NCBI GenBank assembly: GCA_963765075.1 | Contig: CAVXVA010000008.1 | Span: 133,078-197,077, forward strand | Source of the DNA: an uncultured Acidimicrobiia bacterium | Lineage (GTDB): Bacteria > Actinomycetota > Acidimicrobiia > IMCC26256 > JAENVU01 | Direction: 5' to 3' | DNA length: 64,000 nucleotides | Part shown: positions 11,920-21,534 of the stretch, in pieces | Layout of the letters: each line of letters opens with the position of its first letter | Position numbering within the stretch: position 1 is the first letter of the stretch | Notes under the pieces: generated by a model | What the model was told of the DNA's origin: nothing | Seen by the model: the letters and a program-made list of their open reading frames with translations, nothing else | The model's database searches: none | Position numbers and translations under genes: made by a program

Positions 11920-12690
11920 TCAGGTTCGGCGGGGCTCCCAGCGGAATCGCATGGCCGCGATCACCAGCGTGCCGACGCCCCATGCGAGCAACACGGCGAT
12001 GTGCGAGAGGACAATCCCCGTGCCGGTCGTGTTGGGGTTGAACACACCCTCGAGCAGTTGATTGAGGTGGCGGATCGGGAAGATCGACGCGATTCGGCCG
12101 AGCGTCGAGGTCGATTCGACGCGACCGAAGGTGCCCGAGATGAAGAGCAGTGGGAACACCACGAAGTTGATGATCGCCGGCGCGGCGTCTTCGTTGGGCA
12201 CGAAGGTCGCGACCATCGACCCGACTGCACTGAAGCAGAACGCGCCGGCCGCCAGTGCGACGACGAATCCGAGGTAGCGACCGGGGAAGGTCACCCCGTA
12301 GACGAGGATGCCGAGCGCGGTGACGAGGGACGTGAGGATGATGCTGATCACGATCACGTTGCCGGCGAGGCCGGAGAGGTACATCGCCGGTGAGAGGGGT
12401 GTGCTGCGGACTCGCTTCAGGAGTCCGTTGTCCCGCCGGATCGAGAGGGTGAACGCGAGGTTCGTGTAACACGCACTGATCACACCGAACGCGGCGATGG
12501 CCGGTACGTAGAACTGCGCGAACTTGACCGTGCCGCCCGGCAGGCGAACGGTCTCGTTGCCGTTGATCGCGATGAACACCACGAGGAAGACCAGCGGGAA
12601 CGCGAACGTGAACGACGCCGACGCCGGGTTGCGCCAGAAGCTGCGTTGTTCCCAGAACACTTGCCGACCGAACGCGCGCAGCGTCTTCAC
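11920..12690 (-). CDS. ABC-2 type transporter permease
   Basis: 256-aa six-helix membrane ORF. Its start overlaps the stop of the upstream ATPase gene by 4 nt. Confidence 0.8.
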   Translation of the reverse strand: MKTLRAFGRQVFWEQRSFWRNPASASFTFAFPLVFLVVFIAINGNETVRLPGGTVKFAQFYVPAIAAFGVISACYTNLAFTLSIRRDNGLLKRVRSTPLSPAMYLSGLAGNVIVISIILTSLVTALGILVYGVTFPGRYLGFVVALAAGAFCFSAVGSMVATFVPNEDAAPAIINFVVFPLLFISGTFGRVESTSTLGRIASIFPIRHLNQLLEGVFNPNTTGTGIVLSHIAVLLAWGVGTLVIAAMRFRWEPRRT

Positions 12691-13592
12691 GACGGATCCT
12701 CGGACACGTTCGTGAGTTCGAGATAGATGTCTTCGAGTGATGGGCGGGTCACGGTCATCCCGTCGAGGTCGACGCCGTGATCGATGGCCCAGCTCGTGAG
12801 GGTGTGGACGTCGCGGGTGACGGCATCGGTCTCGATCCGGGCGTGGTCACCGTCGCGGGATGCGGCCACCGGCAAGGTCGCCAGATCTGCATCCACCGGC
12901 CATGGGATTCGGATCGTGGTCTTGGCACCGGCGCGGCCCCCGATGGTTTCCGGCGTGCCCTCCGCGATGACCTCGCCCGCGGCGATGACGATCACGCGAT
13001 CGGCCAGCTCCTGGGCTTCGTCCATGTAGTGCGTGGTGAGCAGCACGGTGGTGCCCAGATCGCGGAGTCGATGCACGAGTTCCCAGGCTTGGCGACGCGC
13101 CGATGGGTCGAAGCCCGTCGTGGGTTCGTCGAGGAAGAGGATCTCGGGGCTGCCGATGATGCCGAGGCCGACGTCGAGTCTTCGTTGCTGTCCGCCCGAA
13201 AGGGTCTTCACCCGGCTCGAACGCTTCTCGTCCAGGCCAACGAGCGTGATCACGTCGTCGACGGCACGGGGATGGTCGTAGTACGAGGCATGTTGGGTCA
13301 GAACCTCGGTCACGCTGAGGTAGGGATCGATCCCACATTCTTGGAGCACGATGCCGAGCCGTTGACGGAGTGCGCTGCCGCCGGTGGCCGGATCGGTGTC
13401 GAGCACGCGGATCGTCCCCGCATCGGGAGTCCGGAACCCTTCGAGCATCTCGATGGTGGTCGTCTTGCCCGCTCCGTTCGGCCCGAGGACCGCGACGACT
13501 TCACCGGCCTCCACTTGGAACGACACGCCCCGAACGGCGGCAACGTCGCCGTAGGACTTGTGCAGATCCGAGACGTCGATCACGGGTGCCAC
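12687..13592 (-). CDS. ABC transporter ATP-binding protein (DrrA-like)
   Basis: Walker A GPNGAGKTT, signature LSGGQQRRL, Walker B ILFLDEPTTG. Confidence 0.9.
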   Translation of the reverse strand: MAPVIDVSDLHKSYGDVAAVRGVSFQVEAGEVVAVLGPNGAGKTTTIEMLEGFRTPDAGTIRVLDTDPATGGSALRQRLGIVLQECGIDPYLSVTEVLTQHASYYDHPRAVDDVITLVGLDEKRSSRVKTLSGGQQRRLDVGLGIIGSPEILFLDEPTTGFDPSARRQAWELVHRLRDLGTTVLLTTHYMDEAQELADRVIVIAAGEVIAEGTPETIGGRAGAKTTIRIPWPVDADLATLPVAASRDGDHARIETDAVTRDVHTLTSWAIDHGVDLDGMTVTRPSLEDIYLELTNVSEDPS

Positions 13593-13624
13593 GACGTCAA
13601 CCTAGGACTCGTGGGTTCTCGGTG

Positions 13625-13654
13625 TTGACATGTGACTAATAGGTCACCTATTGT
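13625..13654 (+). promoter_or_regulatory. candidate promoter (TTGACA-18-TATTGT) with embedded GTGAC-N6-GTCAC operator
   Basis: TTGACA at 13625-13630 and TATTGT at 13649-13654. Perfect inverted repeat GTGACtaatagGTCAC at 13632-13647 lies between them. This is the divergent region between the ABC exporter and the ArsR gene. Confidence 0.45.
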
Positions 13655-13661
13655 GTCCTGC

Positions 13662-13994
13662 GTGGCACCCGACGGTGATGACGGCGATCTCGTGTTCAAA
13701 GCGCTGGGCGATCCGACCCGACGTCTGCTGCTCGATCTCCTGTTCGAGCGGGAAGGTCGCACCTTGACCGACCTCGAATCGGGTCTCGCCATGACTCGGT
13801 TCGGCGTCATGAAGCACCTGAAGGTGCTCGAAGGCGCGGGGCTCGTCGTGACCAAGAAAGCAGGACGGGAGAAGTTGCACTACCTCAACGCAGTGCCGAT
13901 CCGGCTGGTGCACGACCGTTGGATCGACAAGTTCACCGAACGGCAGGTGTCCGCACTCGCCGATCTCAAACAGGCCCTGGAGGAAATCGCATGA
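13662..13994 (+). CDS. ArsR/SmtB-family transcriptional regulator
   Basis: HTH region LGDPTRRLLLDLL...LTDLESGLAMTRFGVMKHLKVLEGAGLV. The ORF track starts at GTG 13632, inside the putative operator. I prefer GTG 13662 (about 7 nt after the -10, possibly leaderless), with 13653 also possible. Confidence 0.7.
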   Translation: MAPDGDDGDLVFKALGDPTRRLLLDLLFEREGRTLTDLESGLAMTRFGVMKHLKVLEGAGLVVTKKAGREKLHYLNAVPIRLVHDRWIDKFTERQVSALADLKQALEEIA

Positions 13995-14491
13995 CCGACA
14001 CGACGACCCGCACCACCCAGATGCACCGCGTCTACATCAAGGCGACGCCAGAGCAGGTGTGGCAGGCGATCACCGATCCGGAGTGGAACGCACGGTACGG
14101 CTATCCCGGCCACACCGAGTACGACCTCACCCCTGGCGGTGCCTTCCGCGCCGTCATGCCCGCCGACATGGTGCGCGACTTCGGTGTCCCTGAGGTTGGC
14201 TGCGACGGTGAGGTCGTCGAGTCCGATCCGCCGCACCGCCTGGTCCAGACCTATCGGTTCTGTTTCGACGAGGCGCAGATCGCGGAGGGGTTCCACGAAG
14301 TGATCTGGGAGATCCATCCCGAACACGGTGGGGTGACCCGTTTGACCGTGACCCACGATGTGACCGATGCACCCATCACTGCCGCGATGCTCGAAGGTTC
14401 GACCGACCTGCAAGAGGGCGGCGGCGGATGGGACTGGATTCTTTCCGGTCTCAAGACGATGCTCGAGACCGGCGAGACCTTGGCCGGCTGA
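13991..14491 (+). CDS. SRPBCC-superfamily protein (AHSA1/Aha1-like)
   Basis: ATG 13991 overlaps the arsR stop (ATGA). It shows the ATPEQVWQAITDPE pattern, and ArsR+AHSA1 is a typical gene pair. Confidence 0.7.
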   Translation: MTDTTTRTTQMHRVYIKATPEQVWQAITDPEWNARYGYPGHTEYDLTPGGAFRAVMPADMVRDFGVPEVGCDGEVVESDPPHRLVQTYRFCFDEAQIAEGFHEVIWEIHPEHGGVTRLTVTHDVTDAPITAAMLEGSTDLQEGGGGWDWILSGLKTMLETGETLAG

Positions 14492-14581
14492 GCAAACGCC
14501 ACGGGCGGATCAAAGGGCTCAAGCCGTCTCACATGGGCGCCGATCAGAGGGACGGGTATTCCTTCGAGCAGTGAGAACGCC

Positions 14582-15715
14582 ATGCGGGTAATGACGGTTG
14601 AGTGGTCCCCGGACACAGGCTGGTCCGATCGGCTCGGTGCGCTCGACTCACCGATGACGCTGGTGCTGTTCTTTGGCAATCGGCTGATCGAGGGCGAGAG
14701 CATGCCGCTCGAAGAGCTGGTGGCGGCCCATCCAAAATCCATTGTTGTCGGGTGCTCAACGGCTGGCCAGATCACTGGGAGAACGCTCCGAGACGATGAG
14801 TGCGTCGCCGCGATTGTGCAGTTCGACGCCGTCCCGCTCGCGCTCGCCTCACGAGATGTCCGCGCCGACGGTGACTCAAGAATGGTCGGGGCGGAGTTGG
14901 GTGCGGAGCTCGCCGCTGACGACCTGCGCGCGGTGTTCGTCCTTTCGGATGGGCTCTTGGTCAACGGCACCGACGTCGTACGCGGTCTCGTCGGAGAGGT
15001 CGCGGCCGACGTCCAGGTCACCGGAGGTTTGGCCGGTGATGGCGATGCCTTCGAACGGACATGGGTGTTCGACGGTGTTCGCCGATCGTCAGGGCTCGTG
15101 GTCGCGGTGGGAATGTACGGCGACCGGCTCCGGCTCGGTTCCGGTTCCGGGGGTGGGTGGGGCATCTTCGGGCCCGATCGGATCGTGACGCGTTCGGCTG
15201 GCAATGTTCTGTTCGAGCTGGATTCCAAGCCCGCGCTCGAGCTCTATAAGGAGTACCTCGGCGATCTCGCCATCGGACTCCCGGCCAGCGCGCTGCTGTT
15301 CCCGCTGGCGGTTCGGGCCGGCGCAGGCGACGAAGAGGTGGTGCGGACCGTGCTCGCGGTCGACGAGGCGGATCAGTCGATGACGTTCGCCGGCGACATC
15401 CCCCAAGGTTGGCGGGCGCGTCTGATGCGATCCAGCGCGGATCGGCTGGTCGATGGTGCCGCAGCTGCGGCCGCCGCCAGCCGTGAGGGCGTGAGCGAAG
15501 AGACTCCGGTGCTTGGAATCGCGATCTCTTGTGTTGGTCGACGGCTCGTGCTGGGTGCGCGGACCGACGAAGAGCTTGATGCGGCGCTCGACGGGCTGCC
15601 GGCGAGCTCGGAGTTGATCGGGTTCTACTCGTATGGCGAGATCGCCCCGGGGGTGGGAGGGGCATGTGACCTCCACAATCAGACGATGACTATGACGACG
15701 CTGTCCGAGGTCTAG
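14582..15715 (+). CDS. FIST-domain sensory protein
   Basis: 377 aa. FIST-like patterns VGCSTAGQI and FYSYGEIAP. The stop lies 4 nt before the downstream histidine kinase start. Confidence 0.75.
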   Translation: MRVMTVEWSPDTGWSDRLGALDSPMTLVLFFGNRLIEGESMPLEELVAAHPKSIVVGCSTAGQITGRTLRDDECVAAIVQFDAVPLALASRDVRADGDSRMVGAELGAELAADDLRAVFVLSDGLLVNGTDVVRGLVGEVAADVQVTGGLAGDGDAFERTWVFDGVRRSSGLVVAVGMYGDRLRLGSGSGGGWGIFGPDRIVTRSAGNVLFELDSKPALELYKEYLGDLAIGLPASALLFPLAVRAGAGDEEVVRTVLAVDEADQSMTFAGDIPQGWRARLMRSSADRLVDGAAAAAAASREGVSEETPVLGIAISCVGRRLVLGARTDEELDAALDGLPASSELIGFYSYGEIAPGVGGACDLHNQTMTMTTLSEV

Positions 15716-15719
15716 CTCC

Positions 15720-18312
15720 ATGGCCGAGCGGCGCGAGGTCATGAGCCACCGACTGGTCGCCCGGTTGATGAAGCGCTGCGGCATCGACGACTCAGCCCCC
15801 CCGACTGCGGAGGCATGGCAAGCGTTCCTTCGGTCGACCACGGCGTTACTCGACGACTTGGAGCAGGATCGCTATCTCCTCGAACGGTCGCTGGAAGCTT
15901 CGTCGAACGAGATGCTCGGCTTGAACCAGCATCTCCGTGTGTCTGCAGAGTCTCTCGCCGCCGACCGAGAGGAGCTGCGGGGCACGAACTCGTTGCTGGC
16001 GGCGACATTGGAGTCCACGACCGACGGAATTCTCGTGGTGGCATCCGACGGCCGGATCACGAACTTCAACCGCCGCTTCGTCGAGATGTGGAATCTTCCG
16101 AGCGATGTGCTCGACACACGCGACCGGACGAGAGTTGCCGACCACGTCGAGAGCCAGCTGCTCGATCCAGATGGGTTTCGCAGTGACCTTGGCCGCTTGT
16201 ATTCGGACCCGACGTCGGAGAGCTGCGACATCCTTGAGTTTCGGGATGGCCGGGTCTACGAGCGCGCCTCGCGCCCACAACGCATCGACGACCAGGTGGT
16301 GGGGCGGGTCCTCTATTTCCGTGATGTCACCGAAGCTCGGCGGCTCCAGGTCGAGCGCGACGCGGCCGCGACGGAGCTGCAACGCGTCCTTGACTGTGCA
16401 CCGGACTTTCTCTCTACTCTCGACGTCGCGACGTTCGAGATGGCACTCCTGAATCGCCCGGATCTGCTCGGACACGACCCCGATGGCATCACCGGGATGC
16501 TCTCACTCGAGGAGCTCGTCCATCCGGACGATGTCGGGGACGTCGCGACCTGGTGGTTCGAAGAGGTGATCGCCGCTGGTGCAATGGGAAGCTTCGACCA
16601 CGAGATGCGGTTGCGCCGGAGCGACGGGCTCTATGTGTGGGTCAATGTCCGGCTCAGTCCGCTGACAATCGACGCCAACGGGAACCCGACGACGTTGTTG
16701 GCCGCAATCACCGACGTCGACGACCGCCATCGCGCAGAACGCGCGCTGGCTGAGTCCGAACGACACCTGCGGGCCGTGCTCGAGGCCTCACCGGACGTGG
16801 TCAGCTTTCTCGATCTCGTGGATCTCCGACTCGACTTCGTGAACGCGACTGAGTTTCTCGGCTATCCAACGGATCAGATACGTCACCTCACTCTCGAATT
16901 GCCGCAAGAGTTCGTGCACCCTGACGACCTCGGGAACCTCACCGAACTCATGGCGGGCAACTTCGCGGCGCCGAGAAATGAGGGCATTGAGTTCCGCTGT
17001 CGGCACGCAGGCGGCCAATGGGAATGGGTCCGGATCCGTCAATCGGTGGCCTTGTACGACACCGACGGGCATCCGAGCCGCATCCTGCTCACCCTCACGA
17101 TGATCGGCGAGGAGGTCGAAGCCCGAGAACAGAACGATCGGCTTCGTACGCAGCTCGAACAAGCGCAACGGCTCCAAGCCGTCGGGCAACTCGCCGGCGG
17201 GGTCGCGCACGACTTCAACAACTTGCTGTCCGCGATTCTCGGATTCGCGGAGTTGCTCCAGGATGCGGTGTCCGGAGACGAAGCGGCGTCCGACCTGCGA
17301 GAGATCGGCGAGGCCGCGCAACGCGGGGCCGAACTGAGCCGCCGCCTACTCACCTTCTCCCGCGGGGACACCACGGCGATTACCGCGGTCGATCTCGGAG
17401 CGGTGCTGAACGGGATGCACTCGCTGCTGGCCCGAACAATCGGTGAGTCCATCGAGCTGGGCATGCACATCGAAGACACGCCCGCGGTCGTGGCCGACGC
17501 GACCGGTGTCGAGCAGGTTCTGATGAACCTGGTGGTCAACGCGAGGGACGCGATCGACAGTTCGGGGCGAATCAGCGTGACGACCGCCGTCTGCGATATC
17601 GACGAGGAGACATCGGTCGAGGCGCACGGCGATCTGACACCGGGCTCGTATGTGGTGCTTGCGGTTCGAGACACGGGCGCAGGCATGGATGCGGCAACGG
17701 TGCAACGGGCCTTCGAACCGTTCTTCACGACAAAGGCCGCGGCCAGGGGTACCGGTTTGGGGCTCGCCACCGTGTATGGCATCGCCCGTCGCTTCGGTGG
17801 GCATGTCGAGATCACCAGTGATGTCGGGGAGGGGACCACCGTCTCGGTCTATTTCCCGGTGGCCGACGCCGCCTTGGTTGCGACTGCGCCGAGTCCACCC
17901 AGCCTGGAGCGGGTGACTTCGGACGGTCCGACGGATGCGCGCATCCTGCTCGTCGAAGACGAACCCGCGGTGCGCGCGGCGACGCGGCGCCTTCTCCAGC
18001 GGGCGGGCTATGACGTCACCGAAGCCACGAACGGCGCGGCGGCGTTGGCCTTTGCAAGGGAGGCCCACTTCGATCTGCTTCTCACGGATGTCGTGATGCC
18101 TGGCGAGATGAGTGGTCCCGCGACCCGCGAATGCAGTTCGTGGGGTCGGCGCTTGTGACTACGTCCTCTACATGAGCGGGTACGCCCCGGAGGCCGTCGC
18201 CAATCACGGGTTCATCGAGCCCGGAGTCCCCTTGCTCGAGAAGCCGATTTCGGCTGACCAACTCCTCGGAACGATCGAACGGTTGCTCGCATCTGCACCC
18301 GTCGCGCGGTGA
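15720..18312 (+). pseudogene. hybrid sensor histidine kinase (3 PAS, HisKA, HATPase_c, REC) with a 1-nt frameshift inside the REC domain (or a base-call error)
   Basis: H-box GGVAHDFNNLL, then N/G boxes, then REC ILLVEDEPAV...TDVVMPGEMSG. Frame 0 then stops at 18158. ORF 18112..18312 (frame +1) supplies ANAVRGVGACDYVLYMSGY...LLEKPISADQLL. Confidence 0.85.
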
Positions 18313-18347
18313 CGCTCGGCCAACCGCTGGGGTGAGGCGGTAGCTGC

Positions 18348-20573
18348 TCAGGTGACAGTGACGGGGATTCCAGCTGAGACCTGTACCTCGTTGTTCGTCC
18401 CGCCCGTGGTCGCAACCGCCCGGAGCAGCGCCTCGTTGCTCACTGGCTTCTGGAGCAGCAGCACGCCGGGCTCGATAATGCCCTGATTGTTTGCAGCCAG
18501 CTCTGAGTATCCACTGACGTAGATGACGCCGATGCGCGGAGCATGTGACCGCACCTGCTGTGCGAGTTCCCGCCCGTTCATGCCGCCGGGCATGATCATG
18601 TCGGTCATCAACACGTCGAAATGTTCGCCGCCGAGCGCCGCGAGAGCTGCGGGACCGTGCTCACACGCGTGCACGGTGTGACCGGCGGCGACCAGGATCC
18701 GCTCGAACACATTTCGCACGGCAGCTTCGTCCTCGACGAGTAACACCCGGCGGTGCTTGGGGTCGGGAACAGCGCGGGCGGGGGGGCGAGGTGGCGCCGG
18801 GATCGGTCGCGTCGAGAGAGGAAACCACACGGTGATCTCGGTACCCTCGCCGAGTGTCGACGTGACCGAGATCCGCCCGGCGGCCCGACGGACCACGCCG
18901 TGCGCGGTGGCGAGGCCGAGCCCGGTGCCCTGCCCGGCCTCCTTGGTCGTGAAGAACGGCTCGAAGATGCGCGTCGCCACATCGTCGGTCATCCCATCAC
19001 CGTTGTCGCGGACCGTGAGTCGAGCGTAGGTCCCTGCTGGCAGGTTGTGAGCCCGGCCCTGGTCGGCGTTGAGCTGAGCGACGTCGGTGATCACCTCGAT
19101 GGCGCCGCCATCGTGCACGGCGTCGCGTGCGTTGATGACCAGATTGAGGACCACCTGATCGATGCCGGTCGGGTCGACCTCCACCGGGAGTTTCTGGTCG
19201 CAGCACGCAATCGTCAGCGTGCAGGTCTTGGTGATCGTGCGTTCGAGCATCTCTCGCACTCCCAACACGCGAGCGTTGAGGTCGATGACGTCGACCCGGT
19301 TCACATCGACCCGAGAGAACGCAAGGATCTGCCGCGCGAGATTCGCGCCGCGGTCGGCGGCGCTCGAGATTTCGGCGAGGTCCTGGGACCCGGTCTCCGA
19401 GGTCACTTCGTCCTTCAGGAGTTCCGCCGACGATTGGATCACACACAAGATGTTGTTGAAGTCGTGGGCGATCCCGCCGGCGAGCTGTCCGACGGCCTCG
19501 AGCTTGCCGGACTGGCGGAGTTGTGCCTCGAGTTGTCGGGACTCGGTGACGTCGTGGGCATTGATGACGAATCCTTCGATGAGCGATTCATCGAGCTGGT
19601 TTCCCACCGTTGCCATGATCGTCCGCCAGGCGGCCTGCTCGTCGGCAACTCGGATCTCGAGCGTGAGACTGGCACCGGGCCCCAGCGTGGCCATCGCATT
19701 CTCCAACGCAGGACGATCCTCCGGATGCACGAAGTCTCGGAAGCGGGCGCCGGCGATCTCGTGTGTCTCCCGCCCCAAGACGCGGGTGGCCGACGGGGAC
19801 TGATAGCTCACTGCACCGACTGCGTCGAGGACCAGCACGAGGTCGGGTGCCTCTTGGACCAGCGCGCGGTAGCGGGCATTCGCCGCGCTCGCGAGTTCTC
19901 GTTGCAACGCCCGACGGCGAACTGCGACGAACGCCGACATCACCGCCAGCACGATTCCGAAGTCGATGGCCGCGATCACGACGCCCATGAAGCGGAGTCG
20001 ATCGGACACGCTGCTGACCTGTCGAGTGATGAGGGTCTTCTCAACGTCGAGCGCGTTCATGATGACCCGGTACTGGGGGTGTGGTTCCGGGGTGAGGAAG
20101 GATTCCGGGTTGATCGTGCTGCCGAACCGTTGCTGCTCGACGGTCAAGGCCTTCGTGTAGCTGCGAAGTTGGGTCAACACGCCGTCGATCCGCTCGCGAC
20201 CTGACCGGCTGGTCATCGTGGCGCGGGCGGACATCAGGGCTGTCTCCGCGCGGTGTCGTCGTTCGATCACCGCCTTGTCGTTGAGGGTGCGACCGGCGAG
20301 CTGTGCCCACGCCAGCCCGTTGAGTCCCTCGGCCTCCACCACGGCCTCGGCGATGGCGGTCGCCTCATGGTTGCGGTCTTCGAGCGACTGCGTGAGTGAC
20401 CGGGTGAGCACCGCGGATCCGAAGGTCGCGACACCGACGAGCACGACGAGGATGCCCGATGCGAGGATGCTCCTGCGCCACTTGTTCACGCTGTCGTCCC
20501 ACTGTTCGATTCGCGACCGTTCGACCGCTGCTCGCGAACATCGACCCGTGCCCGGTCCGGGTTGAGTAGTCAT
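18348..20573 (-). CDS. membrane-anchored hybrid sensor histidine kinase (TM-periplasmic-TM, PAS, HisKA, HATPase_c, REC)
   Basis: 741-aa ORF. H-box GGIAHDFNNIL, G-boxes, and C-terminal REC VLLVEDEAAV...TDMIMPGGMNG...YVSGY. The exact start is uncertain. Confidence 0.85.
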   Translation of the reverse strand: MTTQPGPGTGRCSRAAVERSRIEQWDDSVNKWRRSILASGILVVLVGVATFGSAVLTRSLTQSLEDRNHEATAIAEAVVEAEGLNGLAWAQLAGRTLNDKAVIERRHRAETALMSARATMTSRSGRERIDGVLTQLRSYTKALTVEQQRFGSTINPESFLTPEPHPQYRVIMNALDVEKTLITRQVSSVSDRLRFMGVVIAAIDFGIVLAVMSAFVAVRRRALQRELASAANARYRALVQEAPDLVLVLDAVGAVSYQSPSATRVLGRETHEIAGARFRDFVHPEDRPALENAMATLGPGASLTLEIRVADEQAAWRTIMATVGNQLDESLIEGFVINAHDVTESRQLEAQLRQSGKLEAVGQLAGGIAHDFNNILCVIQSSAELLKDEVTSETGSQDLAEISSAADRGANLARQILAFSRVDVNRVDVIDLNARVLGVREMLERTITKTCTLTIACCDQKLPVEVDPTGIDQVVLNLVINARDAVHDGGAIEVITDVAQLNADQGRAHNLPAGTYARLTVRDNGDGMTDDVATRIFEPFFTTKEAGQGTGLGLATAHGVVRRAAGRISVTSTLGEGTEITVWFPLSTRPIPAPPRPPARAVPDPKHRRVLLVEDEAAVRNVFERILVAAGHTVHACEHGPAALAALGGEHFDVLMTDMIMPGGMNGRELAQQVRSHAPRIGVIYVSGYSELAANNQGIIEPGVLLLQKPVSNEALLRAVATTGGTNNEVQVSAGIPVTVT

Positions 20574-20646
20574 TCCCTATGAACGCCTTCAGGCGATCCG
20601 GCAGGTGCCGATACCCACCAGATAATCGGATGGCCCAGGAGGACCG

Positions 20647-21534
20647 ATGAACAAGCCGCGTGGAACGAAACGGGCTCGATGGACGAAAGCGGTGGTCGTG
20701 ACGCTGGTCGTGGCCGGCGCGACGGCAGGGTGTGGGACGGATGGGAATGGACGAAACAGGTCCGCGTCGCCACGGCGTGAGCCGGCGTTCGCGATGCAGG
20801 AGGAGATGCCGCACGAGATGGCGCCGATACCCGAGTACGCCGCGGCATGGAGGCTCACGGTCGGTTCGTCCGCGGCCGATGGCGTCGTGACCGGCAACGC
20901 CGTCGACTTCTCGGTCCAACCGGAGGGCTTCGTCCTGGACTGTGACTACGCGGGCAAGGCGTCGGCTCCCGGTATCGGTCAGTACCACGTCACCCTCGAC
21001 GGCGCGCTGATCGATATGGAGTGCTCTACCGAGCAGCAGGTTTCCATGCAGAATGTCAAGCCCGGCCATCACGAGATCGCGGTCGTTGCAACGCTGAACG
21101 ATCACACCGAAGTGATGAACGCCGAGGACGCGTTCTCGTTCGAGTACCGGCCGACGTCGCCGCTTCCCTTCGAAAAGGGCGATCACTTCGACGGTCGCCC
21201 GAGCATCCGCATCGTGTCACCGACCTCCGGCACCGTCGTCTCCGGGAACTTCGACGTGGTCGTTCAGGTGTCTCGCCTCGACATGGACTGCGGTCTCTTG
21301 GGCAAGAAGCCGGTCCCGGGGTACGGACATTGGCATGTCAACCTCGACTCGACGATCGGTCCGATGATGGGAATGGCCACGATGGTCGGGATGAGCTGCA
21401 CCAATGTGCTGCGGGTTTCGACCAAGGGTCTGACGCCGGGCTCCACCCACAAGCTGATCGCCCTTGCGGTGAACGGGCTCCACTCGCCGCTTGAACCGCC
21501 GGTCGAATCCAGCGTCGACGTCGTTATTGGCTGA
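20647..21534 (+). CDS. lipoprotein with two tandem copies of a G-x-H/Y-H-V-x-L-D domain
   Basis: Signal peptide plus lipobox (VVAGATAGC). Internal repeat: GIGQYHVTLDG...GHHEIAVVATLNDH versus GYGHWHVNLDS...STHKLIALAVNGLH. This is possibly DUF4399-like (unverified). Confidence 0.65.
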   Translation: MNKPRGTKRARWTKAVVVTLVVAGATAGCGTDGNGRNRSASPRREPAFAMQEEMPHEMAPIPEYAAAWRLTVGSSAADGVVTGNAVDFSVQPEGFVLDCDYAGKASAPGIGQYHVTLDGALIDMECSTEQQVSMQNVKPGHHEIAVVATLNDHTEVMNAEDAFSFEYRPTSPLPFEKGDHFDGRPSIRIVSPTSGTVVSGNFDVVVQVSRLDMDCGLLGKKPVPGYGHWHVNLDSTIGPMMGMATMVGMSCTNVLRVSTKGLTPGSTHKLIALAVNGLHSPLEPPVESSVDVVIG

